Below, piece by piece: positions 10,426-22,986 of a stretch of DNA of 59,165 nucleotides (position 1 is its first letter; each line of letters starts with the position of its first letter). Made by a program: the position numbers and the translations under genes. The notes below the pieces were generated by a model, which was given only the letters and a program-made list of their open reading frames with translations, ran no database searches and was not told the DNA's origin. Source of the DNA: Alphaproteobacteria bacterium (GTDB lineage Bacteria > Pseudomonadota > Alphaproteobacteria > JANQMY01); contig JANQMY010000498.1 of the NCBI GenBank assembly GCA_028279895.1, forward strand, positions 1-59,165. Direction: 5' to 3'.

Positions 10426-11730
10426 ATGGCCTCGATGATTGGATCGCAAACGCTCAGGGATAAGCTGGTTAATTCTGGCCGCCAGGGCATTGTGGCCGCC
10501 TTGGACATTGGTACGTCAAAAATCAGCTGTTTTATTGCGCGGCTTGAACGCGCCGGTGCCGGTGAGTCCGGGGTTGTCCGGGTTGTTGGTATCGGCCATC
10601 AGGTGTCGCGAGGTGTCAAGTCAGGCGCCGTCGTGGATATGGAGGCCGCTGAAGAAGCCATTCGGTCGGCCGTTGATACCGCAGAACGCATGGCGGGTGT
10701 CACCGTCCGGCATGTAATAGTCAATCTCACCAGTGCAACACTCGCCAGCCATTCTGTATCGGTCGATGTTTCAATCGCGGGCCACGAAGTCCGGGACCAA
10801 GATCTGCGTCGGGTTTTGCATCACGGACAGGCCCAAGCCGTGTTACCGGATCGTCAGGTCATTCATGCAATTCCGGTTGGGTACAACATCGATGGTAGCC
10901 GAGGCATTCGGGATCCCCGCGGTATGTACGGCGACCGATTGGGCGTGACCATGAACGTGGTTACCGCTTCTCTCGGGCCCATCAGAAATCTGGCGATATG
11001 CGTCGAACGTTGTCATTTGGAAATCGCGAGCTTTGTGGTGTCCCCTTACGCGAGCGGTCTTGCCTGTTTGGTTGAAGATGAGATGGACCTTGGGGTCACT
11101 TGCATCGACCTTGGCGGCGGGACGACATCGATCTCTGTGTTCTTCGAGGGCAACTTGCTGTTTGCAGACGTAATTCCGGTAGGCGGTCAGCACGTTACCA
11201 ACGACATCGCAAGGGGGCTCTCGACCCCTGTGGCGCATGCGGAACGCATGAAGACACTTTATGGCAGTGCGTTGGCAAGTCAGTCGGATGACCGCGAAAC
11301 AATAACGGTGCCTCAGGTCGGTGAAGATGACGAAAGCGCCGGGACACAGATCCCACGGTCAATGCTCACGCGGATCATACAACCCCGCCTAGAAGAAACC
11401 TTTGAGCTGGTGAATGACAGGCTTTCGCAAAGCGGCGTTGGGGCGGTTGCGGGACGGCGCGTGGTGTTGACGGGCGGCGCTAGCCAAATGAATGGAATTG
11501 AACTTCTGGCCAGTCGCATCCTTGAGAAAAGAGTCAGGTTCGGCAGCCCCATTCGTATTGTCGGGCTGGCGGAAGCAACAGGTGGCCCGGCTTTCTCCGC
11601 ATGTTGTGGCTTGTTGGGATTTTCGGCACGGGCTCCCGCCGAAGTAGCAGAAATGGAGCGCGTGCCCGAACGCACACCTCAGGTGGGGCGATTCGCGAGA
11701 CTTGGTCGATGGATTAGAGAGAATTTTTGA
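10426..11730 (+). CDS. ftsA: cell division protein FtsA
   Basis: Actin-like ATPase motifs LDIGTSKI and IDLGGGTT. The start abuts the ftsQ stop. Confidence 0.95.
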   Translation: MASMIGSQTLRDKLVNSGRQGIVAALDIGTSKISCFIARLERAGAGESGVVRVVGIGHQVSRGVKSGAVVDMEAAEEAIRSAVDTAERMAGVTVRHVIVNLTSATLASHSVSVDVSIAGHEVRDQDLRRVLHHGQAQAVLPDRQVIHAIPVGYNIDGSRGIRDPRGMYGDRLGVTMNVVTASLGPIRNLAICVERCHLEIASFVVSPYASGLACLVEDEMDLGVTCIDLGGGTTSISVFFEGNLLFADVIPVGGQHVTNDIARGLSTPVAHAERMKTLYGSALASQSDDRETITVPQVGEDDESAGTQIPRSMLTRIIQPRLEETFELVNDRLSQSGVGAVAGRRVVLTGGASQMNGIELLASRILEKRVRFGSPIRIVGLAEATGGPAFSACCGLLGFSARAPAEVAEMERVPERTPQVGRFARLGRWIRENF

Positions 11731-11828
11731 ATGAAGAACGCAAAGAAAAATGCGCCGGTGCCTAGAATCACCAGGCAATATTCACCACGAGGCGATGTGT
11801 CACTCTTAAGAGATAACCGGAGGCAATC

Positions 11829-13535
11829 ATGAGCATTAATTTGAGCATGCCTGAAGTGACAGAGCTCAAGCCCCGCATCATCGTTTTTGGTGTTGGCGGC
11901 GCCGGCGGTAACGCCGTCGCAAATATGATTCAGTCGAACCTGCAAGGTGTCGATTTTGTGGTTGCAAATACGGACGCACAAGCCTTGTCCTTGTCCCCTG
12001 CCGAGCGGCGTATTCAGATGGGGACAAACGTTACCCAAGGACTAGGCGCCGGTTCGCGGCCTGAAATAGGGTGCGCCGCCGCAGAGGAGTCTTTGGACGA
12101 GATCATCGAAAACCTGTCGGGCAGCCATATGGCTTTTGTGACTGCAGGTATGGGTGGCGGCACCGGCACCGGCGCCGCGCCGGTAATCGCACGGGCAGCC
12201 CGCGATCAAGGCATTCTTACGGTCGGCGTTGTTACCAAACCTTTCCAGTTTGAAGGGGACCGCCGTCTTCGTGTGGCGGAAGCGGGCATCGAAGAGCTGC
12301 AGCAGTATGTCGATACGCTGATTATCATCCCAAATCAGAATCTGTTCAGAATCGCGAATGAGCGCACCACCTTCGCGGAAGCGTTCGCGATGGCGGATGA
12401 AGTATTGCATTCGGGCGTCCGCGGTATCACGGACCTTATGGTTATGCCCGGGCTCATCAATCTTGACTTTGCGGATGTGCGCACGGTGATGAACGAAATG
12501 GGTAAAGCCATGATGGGCACCGGGGAAGCCGAGGGCGAGAAACGGGCGATTGAATCGGCCGAGGCCGCAATCTCTAATCCGCTTCTTGACGAAATCTCCA
12601 TGAAAGGAGCTAAGGGTGTCATCATCAATGTCACTGGCGGCATGGATATGACACTCTTCGAAGTCGACGAGGCGGCTAACCGCATTCGGTCTGAGGTTGA
12701 TCCCGACGCGAACATCATGGTCGGTGCAACCTTCAACGAGGCGCTGGACGGACGCATGCGGATCTCGGTGGTGGCGACTGGAATCGATGCGCAATCCAAC
12801 GCCGTTCCAAGTCCGGTGACACAACTTCCTACAGCGGCAGTTCAGGGCGTTGCGGGGGATGTTGCCGCCGTTTCGTCGTCCGGCTTCAATCCTTCTGCAG
12901 GAAATCCAGTTAGTGCGAGCATTGAGAACCTGGAAGCGCGGATGAGTGCAACCCGAGCGGCCGATCAGTCAGTCACTGTTTCCGCATCCGGCTTGCCGGC
13001 AGATGCACCTGCTCGGATTGATGCAACAGGTGTTACTCAGGCCGCCCAGGAAGATGTGAGGCAGGTGGTTGCCGAAGCGCCTCTCGATGAGCCTGTTCCT
13101 GTGCACAGCGCTGAAAGCGGAGCGGTTGGAGCTCCCGAAGCCGAGCCGCCGCACGTAGCAGCTGTCCAACCTACAGTGGCAAAACTGGCGCCGCAGCCCC
13201 AGCCGCAACAGCTCGCTGCCGACCCTGTTGCCGCGCCGAAGCCCACCAGCGATATGTCTCTGCTTCAGCGTGTCAAACGGCATGGCGCTTCCGGTCTACT
13301 CCAGCGGGTCGCGGGAAGCCTCGGCACGAAGGACGTCACCGATCCTCGGGAAGAGAGAGGTGGAGGACAACTTCCAGCGGGGGCGGATCGCGTAGAACCC
13401 GGCGCATCTCAGGTGGCTGAAAACGCGGTGGAGGCGCCGGCGCAGAAGCCACGCCTTGACGATACGATGCTGCCTGCGGCGGGCGAAGACGAACAGCTTG
13501 AGATACCCGCATTCTTGCGTCGGCAGGCTAATTGA
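11829..13535 (+). CDS. ftsZ: cell division GTPase FtsZ with a long disordered C-terminal linker
   Basis: Tubulin signature [12 protein letters not shown] roughly 230-aa A/P/Q/V-rich linker precedes the conserved C-terminal peptide [12 protein letters not shown]. Confidence 0.97.
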   Translation: MSINLSMPEVTELKPRIIVFGVGGAGGNAVANMIQSNLQGVDFVVANTDAQALSLSPAERRIQMGTNVTQGLGAGSRPEIGCAAAEESLDEIIENLSGSHMAFVTAGMGGGTGTGAAPVIARAARDQGILTVGVVTKPFQFEGDRRLRVAEAGIEELQQYVDTLIIIPNQNLFRIANERTTFAEAFAMADEVLHSGVRGITDLMVMPGLINLDFADVRTVMNEMGKAMMGTGEAEGEKRAIESAEAAISNPLLDEISMKGAKGVIINVTGGMDMTLFEVDEAANRIRSEVDPDANIMVGATFNEALDGRMRISVVATGIDAQSNAVPSPVTQLPTAAVQGVAGDVAAVSSSGFNPSAGNPVSASIENLEARMSATRAADQSVTVSASGLPADAPARIDATGVTQAAQEDVRQVVAEAPLDEPVPVHSAESGAVGAPEAEPPHVAAVQPTVAKLAPQPQPQQLAADPVAAPKPTSDMSLLQRVKRHGASGLLQRVAGSLGTKDVTDPREERGGGQLPAGADRVEPGASQVAENAVEAPAQKPRLDDTMLPAAGEDEQLEIPAFLRRQAN

Positions 13536-13882
13536 TCTGATCTTAACCTGGAACGAGATAGTTGTTTTGTGTCAAAGGTATATGCACTTTTGCCACCAAA
13601 CAGCTTTAGAAAAAAGTTCCAGGGTAACAATGCGTAATAAAGATTTATTTGGCTCCCGTGAAACGGATTGGTACCTCACGATTGAGGGTAAACACCACGA
13701 TCCCGCCAATCCGACTCGTTTTCGCACATGGTGAAAGCACTATTTCGGAACTCAAAAGTGGTTTTGCCGGAGGCTTCTCCGCGAACCGGTTTTTTGGGGA
13801 CTTTTCGAAGGCCGCGATCCGAGCAGTTGGTCAGCATTGATCGAAGGGTAATCGGGGTGTAACACGCCTTAAGGGGAAAAGT

Positions 13883-14830
13883 ATGAAGGCCGCGTGTCAG
13901 ACGACTTTAAAGCAGAATGTGGAAACCGCTGGCACGGCGATCCATTCTGGAAAATTCGTTCAGCTGAAGATGTTACCGGCACCTGCGGACCATGGCATTG
14001 TTTTCTATCGCGTGGATCAGGATGACGATTTTCAGCCGACGTCACGGGTGGCGATCCCAGCGGATTTTCGTTTGGTGCATGACACCGTATTAGGTACCAG
14101 CCTTCGCAACGAGTTTGACGTTGACATTTGCACAGTCGAACACTTGATGGCGGCCTTGGCCGGATGTGGCATCGACAATGTGAAGGTGCTGATAGACGGT
14201 CCCGAGCTGCCCATTCTTGACGGTAGTTCGGAGCAATTCGTTCGGCTGATCGATCAAGCGGGAATCGTCAGCTTAGACCGTCCGCGGAAGTACATTCGCG
14301 TCTTGGAAACCATTTCTGTAACGGCGGAAAACAAGTCGCTGGAACTTCACCCATACGATGGATTTCAGGTTTCCATGTCCATTGACTTTGAGTCAGCCGC
14401 TGTCGGGAAGCAGCATTGCGAAGTCAAGCTTGTAAATGGTGCTTTTCGTGAAGAGATTTCAGGGGCGCGGACGTTCGGCTTTAGCCACGAAGTTGAAAAA
14501 CTTCGGTCGCTTGGGTTGGCCTTGGGTGGCTCCCTGGATAACACGATCGTCGTTGAGGGTGATCGCATCCTGAATGACGGAGGATTGCGCTACAGCGACG
14601 AATTTGTGCGTCACAAAATCCTAGACGCGATTGGCGATTTGTATCTCGCAGGGGCGCCAATATTAGCAAGAGTCGTTGGGGATCGGTCTGGTCACACGCT
14701 TAATAACGCGTTGCTTAAAGCGTTGTTCGCATCGCCTGAAAAGTGGGTCGTTGAAACAAGGGATCAATCCGCTAGTGACCATCATGGGCATACCAGCGAC
14801 GCAATAGAAGCCCAGGCGGCTGTCGCTTAA
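13883..14830 (+). CDS. lpxC: UDP-3-O-acyl-N-acetylglucosamine deacetylase
   Basis: TVEHLMAAL and FVRHKILDAIGDL motifs. Shows the usual alphaproteobacterial position after ftsZ. Confidence 0.95.
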   Translation: MKAACQTTLKQNVETAGTAIHSGKFVQLKMLPAPADHGIVFYRVDQDDDFQPTSRVAIPADFRLVHDTVLGTSLRNEFDVDICTVEHLMAALAGCGIDNVKVLIDGPELPILDGSSEQFVRLIDQAGIVSLDRPRKYIRVLETISVTAENKSLELHPYDGFQVSMSIDFESAAVGKQHCEVKLVNGAFREEISGARTFGFSHEVEKLRSLGLALGGSLDNTIVVEGDRILNDGGLRYSDEFVRHKILDAIGDLYLAGAPILARVVGDRSGHTLNNALLKALFASPEKWVVETRDQSASDHHGHTSDAIEAQAAVA

Positions 14831-14835
14831 TCAAG

Positions 14836-15288
14836 TTAGAGGCGGTCAGCCGTCACGGTTGGGTTCTGCTCGGTTACGACGCCATCTCTAACTGCTGATT
14901 GATCGTTGCAGAGCGACTTCACCAAACTTGCCACCGCGTTGCGTATTGCCGGATCTTTGATTTCGGAGAAATTTCGAACAAGTTCAATGGTGGTTCGGCT
15001 TCGGCCCCCATGGGGCAGCACTCGGCCCGACATGTCCGGCTCTACACCGTCGAAGAAGTAAGCCACGCCGACATCAAGGTGCTGAGCAATTTCAAATAGG
15101 CGGCCGGCGCTTACCCGGTTTGCGCCCGTTTCATACTTCTGGACCTGCTGATAAGAGATCTTAAGGGCCCCCGCCAATTGCTCCTGAGTTAAGCCTAGAA
15201 CGGTCCTTCGACGGCGAATTTGCTCCCCGACATACTCATCGACGCGTTTCGCAAGCCGAGCATTGCCTTCAGTCGAAGATATATCCAC
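14836..15288 (-). CDS. XRE-family helix-turn-helix transcriptional regulator
   Basis: HTH_XRE core LGLTQEQLAGALKISYQQVQKYETGANRVSAGRL plus a C-terminal extension of about 70 aa. Convergent with lpxC with a 5-nt gap. Confidence 0.85.
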   Translation of the reverse strand: MDISSTEGNARLAKRVDEYVGEQIRRRRTVLGLTQEQLAGALKISYQQVQKYETGANRVSAGRLFEIAQHLDVGVAYFFDGVEPDMSGRVLPHGGRSRTTIELVRNFSEIKDPAIRNAVASLVKSLCNDQSAVRDGVVTEQNPTVTADRL

Positions 15289-15522
15289 CTTTTTGACCCT
15301 CTTTCTGGCGTTTTCCTGAGTGGTCGCTGCCCTTGTGACGTGCAGCTAATCGAAAGTGACATGTTCCGAACTTGCGAGAAGGCAAGACTAGAGCGTTATT
15401 TTTTGCTTGCCGGCTTTGGGAAGGCCCCAAATCCTGCCATTTGGCGGCATTTGCCTTGGATTGCCAGGGCGAAACCTATAAAACGGACCCGGGGAAGTGC
15501 GTTGCGTAACAAAGGCAGCAAT

Positions 15523-16404
15523 ATGAAGATTCGATCGGTAGTAGAGGAATTGGGTCGGAAAGGCACCATCGCCTGGCGTCAAACGGGCCGGGCCCCCATG
15601 GTTGCGGGCATATTGTCAGCGGCGCTGGTCGTGGCCGGCTGCGGCGGTGGAAACTCCGAACCTAAGAATGCGGAATATGTCGAGCGGACGGTCGAAGAAC
15701 TCTACAATGACGCCTACGAAACCATGCAGAAAGAGATTTATAATCTCGCTGCCCTCAAATTCGATGAGGTGGAACGCCAACACCCCTATTCCCAGTGGGC
15801 CCGTCGGGCGATGCTCATGTCCGCGTATTCATACTACAAAAGCAACAAATATGAAGACGCTATCCTGGCAACGGAACGTTTCATTGCACTCCATCCTGGT
15901 AATGAGCATGTGGGATATGCCTATTACCTGAAAGCGATCTCCTTTTACGAGCGTATCGTGGATGTGCAACGCGACCAAAAAGTGACAGAGCAGTCCTTAA
16001 GCGCTTTACGTGAGGTGGTACGCCGGTTTCCGAGTTCCGAGTATGCGCGAGATGCTCGTTTGAAAATTGATATGGCGGAAGACCATCTTGCCGGTAAAGA
16101 GCTTTCTATTGGACGCTACTACCTCAAGAAGGGCCAATACGTTTCGGCTATAAACCGGTTCCGCAATGTGGTCGAAAAGTATCAGCGCACCAGTCATGTC
16201 CCGGAAGCACTGCACCGCTTGACGGAAGCGTACATGGCGATGGGCATCAATCGTGAAGCTCAAACGGCGGCCGCGGTTTTGGGGTATAATTATCCAAATG
16301 ACGATTGGTACGAAGATTCGTACAGTTTGCTTGCAGATGATGATCTTGAACCGGCTATCAATGAACGCTCCTGGATTGCTAGAGCTTGGTCCAACGTCTT
16401 CTAG
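15523..16404 (+). CDS. bamD: outer membrane protein assembly factor BamD (lipoprotein)
   Basis: Lipobox LVVAGC after a hydrophobic segment, with a TPR-like body. I prefer ATG 15523 (or 15598), because the track start at 15220 would overlap the divergent XRE gene. Confidence 0.88.
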   Translation: MKIRSVVEELGRKGTIAWRQTGRAPMVAGILSAALVVAGCGGGNSEPKNAEYVERTVEELYNDAYETMQKEIYNLAALKFDEVERQHPYSQWARRAMLMSAYSYYKSNKYEDAILATERFIALHPGNEHVGYAYYLKAISFYERIVDVQRDQKVTEQSLSALREVVRRFPSSEYARDARLKIDMAEDHLAGKELSIGRYYLKKGQYVSAINRFRNVVEKYQRTSHVPEALHRLTEAYMAMGINREAQTAAAVLGYNYPNDDWYEDSYSLLADDDLEPAINERSWIARAWSNVF

Positions 16405-16413
16405 GCAGGTCCC

Positions 16414-18090
16414 ATGTTAACCGGCCTGTCGATCCGGGACATTGTCCTCATTGACAGGCTGGACATTGAATTCTCGGACGGTCTCTGCGCGCTTACGGGA
16501 GAGACAGGGGCTGGAAAATCAATCATTCTCGATTCTCTCGGGCTCGCCATTGGTTCGCGCGCCGACAGAGCGCTGATCCGCCAGGGTCAGGAAACGGGAT
16601 CTGTCACAGCCGCTTTTGAGATTTCGGAACGTTTCCTCCAGTCTTTCGACGAAAGTGGTGAGCTTGGCATTGATGCATTGGAACCTCTCATTCTCAAGAG
16701 AGTAATTACCAAGGACGGGCGGACCAAAGCCTACGTTAATGATGCGCCCGTTGCGGTGGCTACTCTGTCAAAGATCGGTGATGCATTGCTCGAAATCCAT
16801 GGGCAGCATGGAGACCGATTTCTGATGGATGTTGGCGCTCATCGCGCCTTGCTAGATAGCTACGGTAACTTGAACGGTCTCGTGCATGATGTCCAAGAAG
16901 CCTATGACGCTGTGAAACATGCGGAGCAGGCCTTGCGCGAGCACGAGCAGGTGGTGAAGGCCCTCAACAAAGAGAAGGATTACCTTCTGCACGCACGCGA
17001 TGAGTTGGGGCAACTTGATCCGCAAACGAATGAAGAACACGAACTTGCTGATCGGCGCGCATTTATGATGCAAGCGGAAAATGTACATGCGGAAATTGCT
17101 GCGGTTCGATCAAAGTTGGCGGATGAGAATGGTCTAGAGCGTGAGATATACGGTGTTCTCCGCCAGGTCGGAGCCATCAAAGTTGAGGGGTCCGATTCGT
17201 TGGAAAAAGCCGTTGATCTTCTGGAAAACGCTTCCGACGCCGTCGCTAGGGCGAATCAATACATCGATCTGCTGGTTCGTGAGCTAGAGTTCGATCCTGC
17301 CGAATTGGAAACCACCGAAGAGCGGCTATTTGCACTTAGAGCCGCGGCGCGCAAACACAAAGTGTCGGTTGATCAGCTGCCGGCGCTGTTGGAGAAATTC
17401 CAAACGCAACTCGAAACCCTGCATCATGACGAGCAGGTTTTGGATCAACTGCGCGGCGATGTCGACAAAGCGAGGCAACAACTTTCCGAACGTGCAGCCA
17501 AACTGACTAAGAAGCGGGCTTCGGCAGCAAAAAAGCTTGATGCGGCTTTGAAGAAGGAACTGCCGCCCCTTAAGCTGGAAAAGGCCCGCTTTGAAACCTG
17601 CTTGCAGCACCATTCCGGAGAGACGATCGGTCGGAATGGGGCTGAATCTGTTGAGTTTCATGCAGCGACCAATCCAAATACTGAGATGGGACCCATTGGA
17701 AAGGTGGCGTCTGGTGGCGAACTTGCGCGCTTTTCACTTGCCCTCAAAGTTGTCCTTCGTCGCGCGGCCGAACAAAAAACGTTGATCTTTGATGAAGTTG
17801 ATCAGGGTATCGGAGGCGCAGTGGCAGACGCTGTGGGGGAACGCCTCCACGATTTGGCCAAAGAAGGACAAGTGCTTGTCATTACGCACAGTCCGCAAGT
17901 TGCGGCTCGGGCCAAACATCATTGGCGTATACGGAAAGACGGTTCGTCGAAGTCTGCGAAACAGGTCCTCACCCGTGTAGAAGATTTGAATGCTGGCGAA
18001 CGGCGTGAGGAAATTGCGCGGATGCTTGCTGGCGCCAGTGTTACAGACGAGGCGCGTGCGGCTGCTGACCAGCTTCTACGTCATCAATAA
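16414..18090 (+). CDS. recN: DNA repair protein RecN
   Basis: Walker A GETGAGKS, a long coiled-coil middle region and the SMC signature SGGELAR. Confidence 0.95.
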   Translation: MLTGLSIRDIVLIDRLDIEFSDGLCALTGETGAGKSIILDSLGLAIGSRADRALIRQGQETGSVTAAFEISERFLQSFDESGELGIDALEPLILKRVITKDGRTKAYVNDAPVAVATLSKIGDALLEIHGQHGDRFLMDVGAHRALLDSYGNLNGLVHDVQEAYDAVKHAEQALREHEQVVKALNKEKDYLLHARDELGQLDPQTNEEHELADRRAFMMQAENVHAEIAAVRSKLADENGLEREIYGVLRQVGAIKVEGSDSLEKAVDLLENASDAVARANQYIDLLVRELEFDPAELETTEERLFALRAAARKHKVSVDQLPALLEKFQTQLETLHHDEQVLDQLRGDVDKARQQLSERAAKLTKKRASAAKKLDAALKKELPPLKLEKARFETCLQHHSGETIGRNGAESVEFHAATNPNTEMGPIGKVASGGELARFSLALKVVLRRAAEQKTLIFDEVDQGIGGAVADAVGERLHDLAKEGQVLVITHSPQVAARAKHHWRIRKDGSSKSAKQVLTRVEDLNAGERREEIARMLAGASVTDEARAAADQLLRHQ

Positions 18091-20208
<2,118 letters not shown>

Positions 20209-20236
20209 AGAAGAATTCCTGTGCGCAATTTGTCGG

Positions 20237-22054
20237 TCACAAGGGCGCTGCCGCTTGTTTTAGCCAAGCAGCGACTTCGTTGGGAAGAAGCGGTTCTAGA
20301 GTTGATCGGACTCTTTCATGGTAGTCGTTTAGCCACGTAATTTCTTCGTCTGTTAACATATTCACATCAATCAAACTTCGATCGATTGGCGCCAATGTGA
20401 CGGTTTCAAACCCCAACATTGGCCGTTCACCTCCGTCCACAGGTGTCGGGGGCGTCACAACCACAAGGTTTTCAATGCGGATGCCGTAGTCGTCGGTTTT
20501 GTAGTATCCCGGCTCGTTGGAAATGATCATGCCTTCTTTCAAGGCGACGTTGAAGGAACGTCGAGAAATACTTTGGGGGCCCTCGTGTACACCCAAGTAA
20601 CTGCCAACGCCGTGACCTGTGCCGTGATCGAAGTTCAGTCCGGCTTTCCATAAAGCGATCCGCGCCAGCACATCAAGCTCGGCGCCGGTTGTTCCCTCAG
20701 GAAAGCGCGCCGCCGCTAGCCCAACATGCCCTTTTAAGACGCGCGTAAATCTGTCCCGATGCTCTTGCGTCGGTTCGCCGATCGCAACGGTGCGAGTGAC
20801 GTCCGTTGTGCCGTCGCGGTATTGTCCGCCAGAATCAACTAAGAACAGTGTGCCAGGCTGAAGTTTTTTGTTTGTTCGATTGGTGACACGGTAGTGAACG
20901 ATCGCGCCGTTTCCGCCTGCGCCGGAGATTGTTTCGAAGCTGATGTCCTGCAGCTCGCCACTATCCGCCCTGAAGCTTTCTAGGCGGCGCACGGCCGTTA
21001 CCTCGTCAACCGTACCTGACGTCCCCTCTTCGGCCAGCCAATGGAGAAAACGGGTGAGGGCGGCACCATCGCGAATATGCGCTTTGCGCGTTCCTTCAAT
21101 CTCGACCTGATTTTTCGTTGCTTTGGGAAGCGCACAAGGATCTTCCGCTCTAACGACCGTCGCACCGGACTGCTCTAGGCTAGAAATCACCGAATAGGGC
21201 GTGCTGGTGGGATCGACAAGAGCTGTTCGTTTTTCCTGCCCTAAAGCTGATAGGGCCGATGCGAAGCTTTCCGGGTGTTCCAAGGAAACCCGATTGCCCA
21301 GATGTTGTGGCAGTTGATCCGTTACTTTCTGCGGATCGATGAACCAATCCACCTGACCGTCTTTGGATAGTATCGCTTTGCTGAGGGGCAAAGGCGTGTG
21401 CGCGACATCGCCCCCGCGTACATTAAGGAGCCACGCAATGGATGCCGGATTTGTTAAGATTACCGTGTCCGCCCCCTTTTCCTTGAGTGTTTGAGCAATT
21501 TCCTCCCTCTTGAGTTCAGACTGCTTGCCCGAGAACTCGAGGGGATGGGGCACGACGCTTGCCATGGGTTCAGCTGGGCGGTCCCGCCAAATATGGTCGA
21601 TGTAATTGCGTTCAGTTGCCACAAACTCAATATCGGAGCCTTGCGCGTCGCTCCGGAGCTTCTTGACTGATGCTTCCGTGTGCAGCGATGGGTCAAAACC
21701 GATCTTGGCACTGGATGTCGTATTCTCTTTAAGCCACGTGCCAACGGATTTATCCATGATTGGGACGATTTCGAAGACAGCTAGATCGACCTGATCGCGA
21801 ACGGCCAATGTATATCGACCGTCAACAAACACCGCCGCCTTGTCATTCAAGACGACCGCAACGCCGGCGGAGCCGGTAAAGCCTGTAAGCCACGCCAATC
21901 GTTCAAAACAAGCAGGCGTGTACTCATTTTGATATTCATCATCATGCGGAATAATAAGACCGTGAAGGCCTTGCTGTGCAAGTGTGTTCCGCAACTCTGC
22001 CGCCCGTTGGGCGCCCGAAGCTGGATCGGTATGATCGTCAAACGTCTGAAACAT
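20237..22054 (-). CDS. aminopeptidase P family (M24B) metallopeptidase
   Basis: 605 aa with creatinase-like N-terminal domains. The C-terminal pita-bread fold has HGTGHGVG and NEPGYY motifs. Confidence 0.88.
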   Translation of the reverse strand: MFQTFDDHTDPASGAQRAAELRNTLAQQGLHGLIIPHDDEYQNEYTPACFERLAWLTGFTGSAGVAVVLNDKAAVFVDGRYTLAVRDQVDLAVFEIVPIMDKSVGTWLKENTTSSAKIGFDPSLHTEASVKKLRSDAQGSDIEFVATERNYIDHIWRDRPAEPMASVVPHPLEFSGKQSELKREEIAQTLKEKGADTVILTNPASIAWLLNVRGGDVAHTPLPLSKAILSKDGQVDWFIDPQKVTDQLPQHLGNRVSLEHPESFASALSALGQEKRTALVDPTSTPYSVISSLEQSGATVVRAEDPCALPKATKNQVEIEGTRKAHIRDGAALTRFLHWLAEEGTSGTVDEVTAVRRLESFRADSGELQDISFETISGAGGNGAIVHYRVTNRTNKKLQPGTLFLVDSGGQYRDGTTDVTRTVAIGEPTQEHRDRFTRVLKGHVGLAAARFPEGTTGAELDVLARIALWKAGLNFDHGTGHGVGSYLGVHEGPQSISRRSFNVALKEGMIISNEPGYYKTDDYGIRIENLVVVTPPTPVDGGERPMLGFETVTLAPIDRSLIDVNMLTDEEITWLNDYHERVRSTLEPLLPNEVAAWLKQAAAPL

Positions 22055-22101
22055 ATTGCAAATATGGGCTTTTGGGCCACCGTCGGCAAGTTCGGAATAT
22101 G

Positions 22102-22986
22102 CTAATCTGTCCTGGATAACAGAAGTGTCGGCCAGTCCCCTAGGGTGTAGCGTTTCTTCAAATGGAATCCAAATTGTCGGTATCGGCTCAGCACACCCGC
22201 TTCTTGCTCCGAAAGAAGGCCTGAGACGATTAAATTCCCAGAGGGGTGGAGGATCTCATCCACCTCAATTGCGAGGCGCTTAAGGGGCGAAGCCAGAATA
22301 TTGGCCACAATCAAGTCGTAAGGTGCCCGACAACGGATCTCCGGATGGTGAGTGCCGTCGGCAGCAACTCCGTCTACCAAAGGTGCAACGTAATTGGCCT
22401 TTGCGTTTTCTTGCGAAACGCTGATGGCTATTGGGTCGATATCCGTGCCTAAAACCTTGCAACGGGTCAATTTGGCTATTGCGATGGCGAGGATGCCGGA
22501 TCCACAGCCCATGTCCAAGGCGTGGATCCTTTTTTGTTTTCGTGCCAGGTCTGCCAAAAGTTCAAGGCACCCGCGTGTGGTCTCGTGATGTCCTGTACCG
22601 AAAGCAAGCCCGGCGTCGATCTTTATGCTGATTGCAGGTGCCAGCGTGTTCGTATCATGATGAGAGCCATGCACGAGAAACGGCCCAGCCATCACCGGCG
22701 TGAGCGTTGTTAACGTGTGGCTAACCCAATCTCTGTCGGGTACGACTTCGATACCGCCCATTGAGGCGCGGTCGCCCAAAGCGCGGCGGATTTCATTCAC
22801 TAGGACATCCGCTCTTACGTCTGGAGTGTCGCCATCAAACAGGGCTTCGATCCGCCATTGGCGCTCCGCCCCCGGCAGGATCGCGAAGCTGGAGAAGGGC
22901 AGGGCGGCTGAGTGTTCCAACACTTCAACCACTGCTTCGGCGTCGGATTGAGTGTTGACCGAAAACGAGATCTGACAGAGCGGCAT
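22102..22986 (-). CDS. prmA: ribosomal protein L11 methyltransferase
   Basis: SAM-binding DMGCGSGILAIA and PrmA-like length. Its start codon shares one nt with the uvrD stop (TGATG). Confidence 0.88.
   Translation of the reverse strand: MPLCQISFSVNTQSDAEAVVEVLEHSAALPFSSFAILPGAERQWRIEALFDGDTPDVRADVLVNEIRRALGDRASMGGIEVVPDRDWVSHTLTTLTPVMAGPFLVHGSHHDTNTLAPAISIKIDAGLAFGTGHHETTRGCLELLADLARKQKRIHALDMGCGSGILAIAIAKLTRCKVLGTDIDPIAISVSQENAKANYVAPLVDGVAADGTHHPEIRCRAPYDLIVANILASPLKRLAIEVDEILHPSGNLIVSGLLSEQEAGVLSRYRQFGFHLKKRYTLGDWPTLLLSRTD

Noticed and set aside
12042-12824. 260-aa minus-strand ORF, plus the nested 12335..12799 ORF
   Set aside because: It is antisense to the conserved GTPase core of ftsZ. 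The composition is His/Arg-rich with no recognisable motifs, so I treat it as a shadow ORF.
12800-13480. Low-complexity A/P/Q-rich stretch in ftsZ as a possible insertion or repeat
   Set aside because: Long disordered C-terminal linkers ending in the conserved FtsA/ZipA-binding peptide are normal for alphaproteobacterial FtsZ. I saw no nucleotide-level tandem repeat.
15220-15522. N-terminal 101-codon extension of the bamD ORF in the track
   Set aside because: The extension overlaps the divergent XRE gene and its promoter region and has no BamD-like sequence. The lipoprotein signal with its lipobox begins only after ATG 15523/15598.
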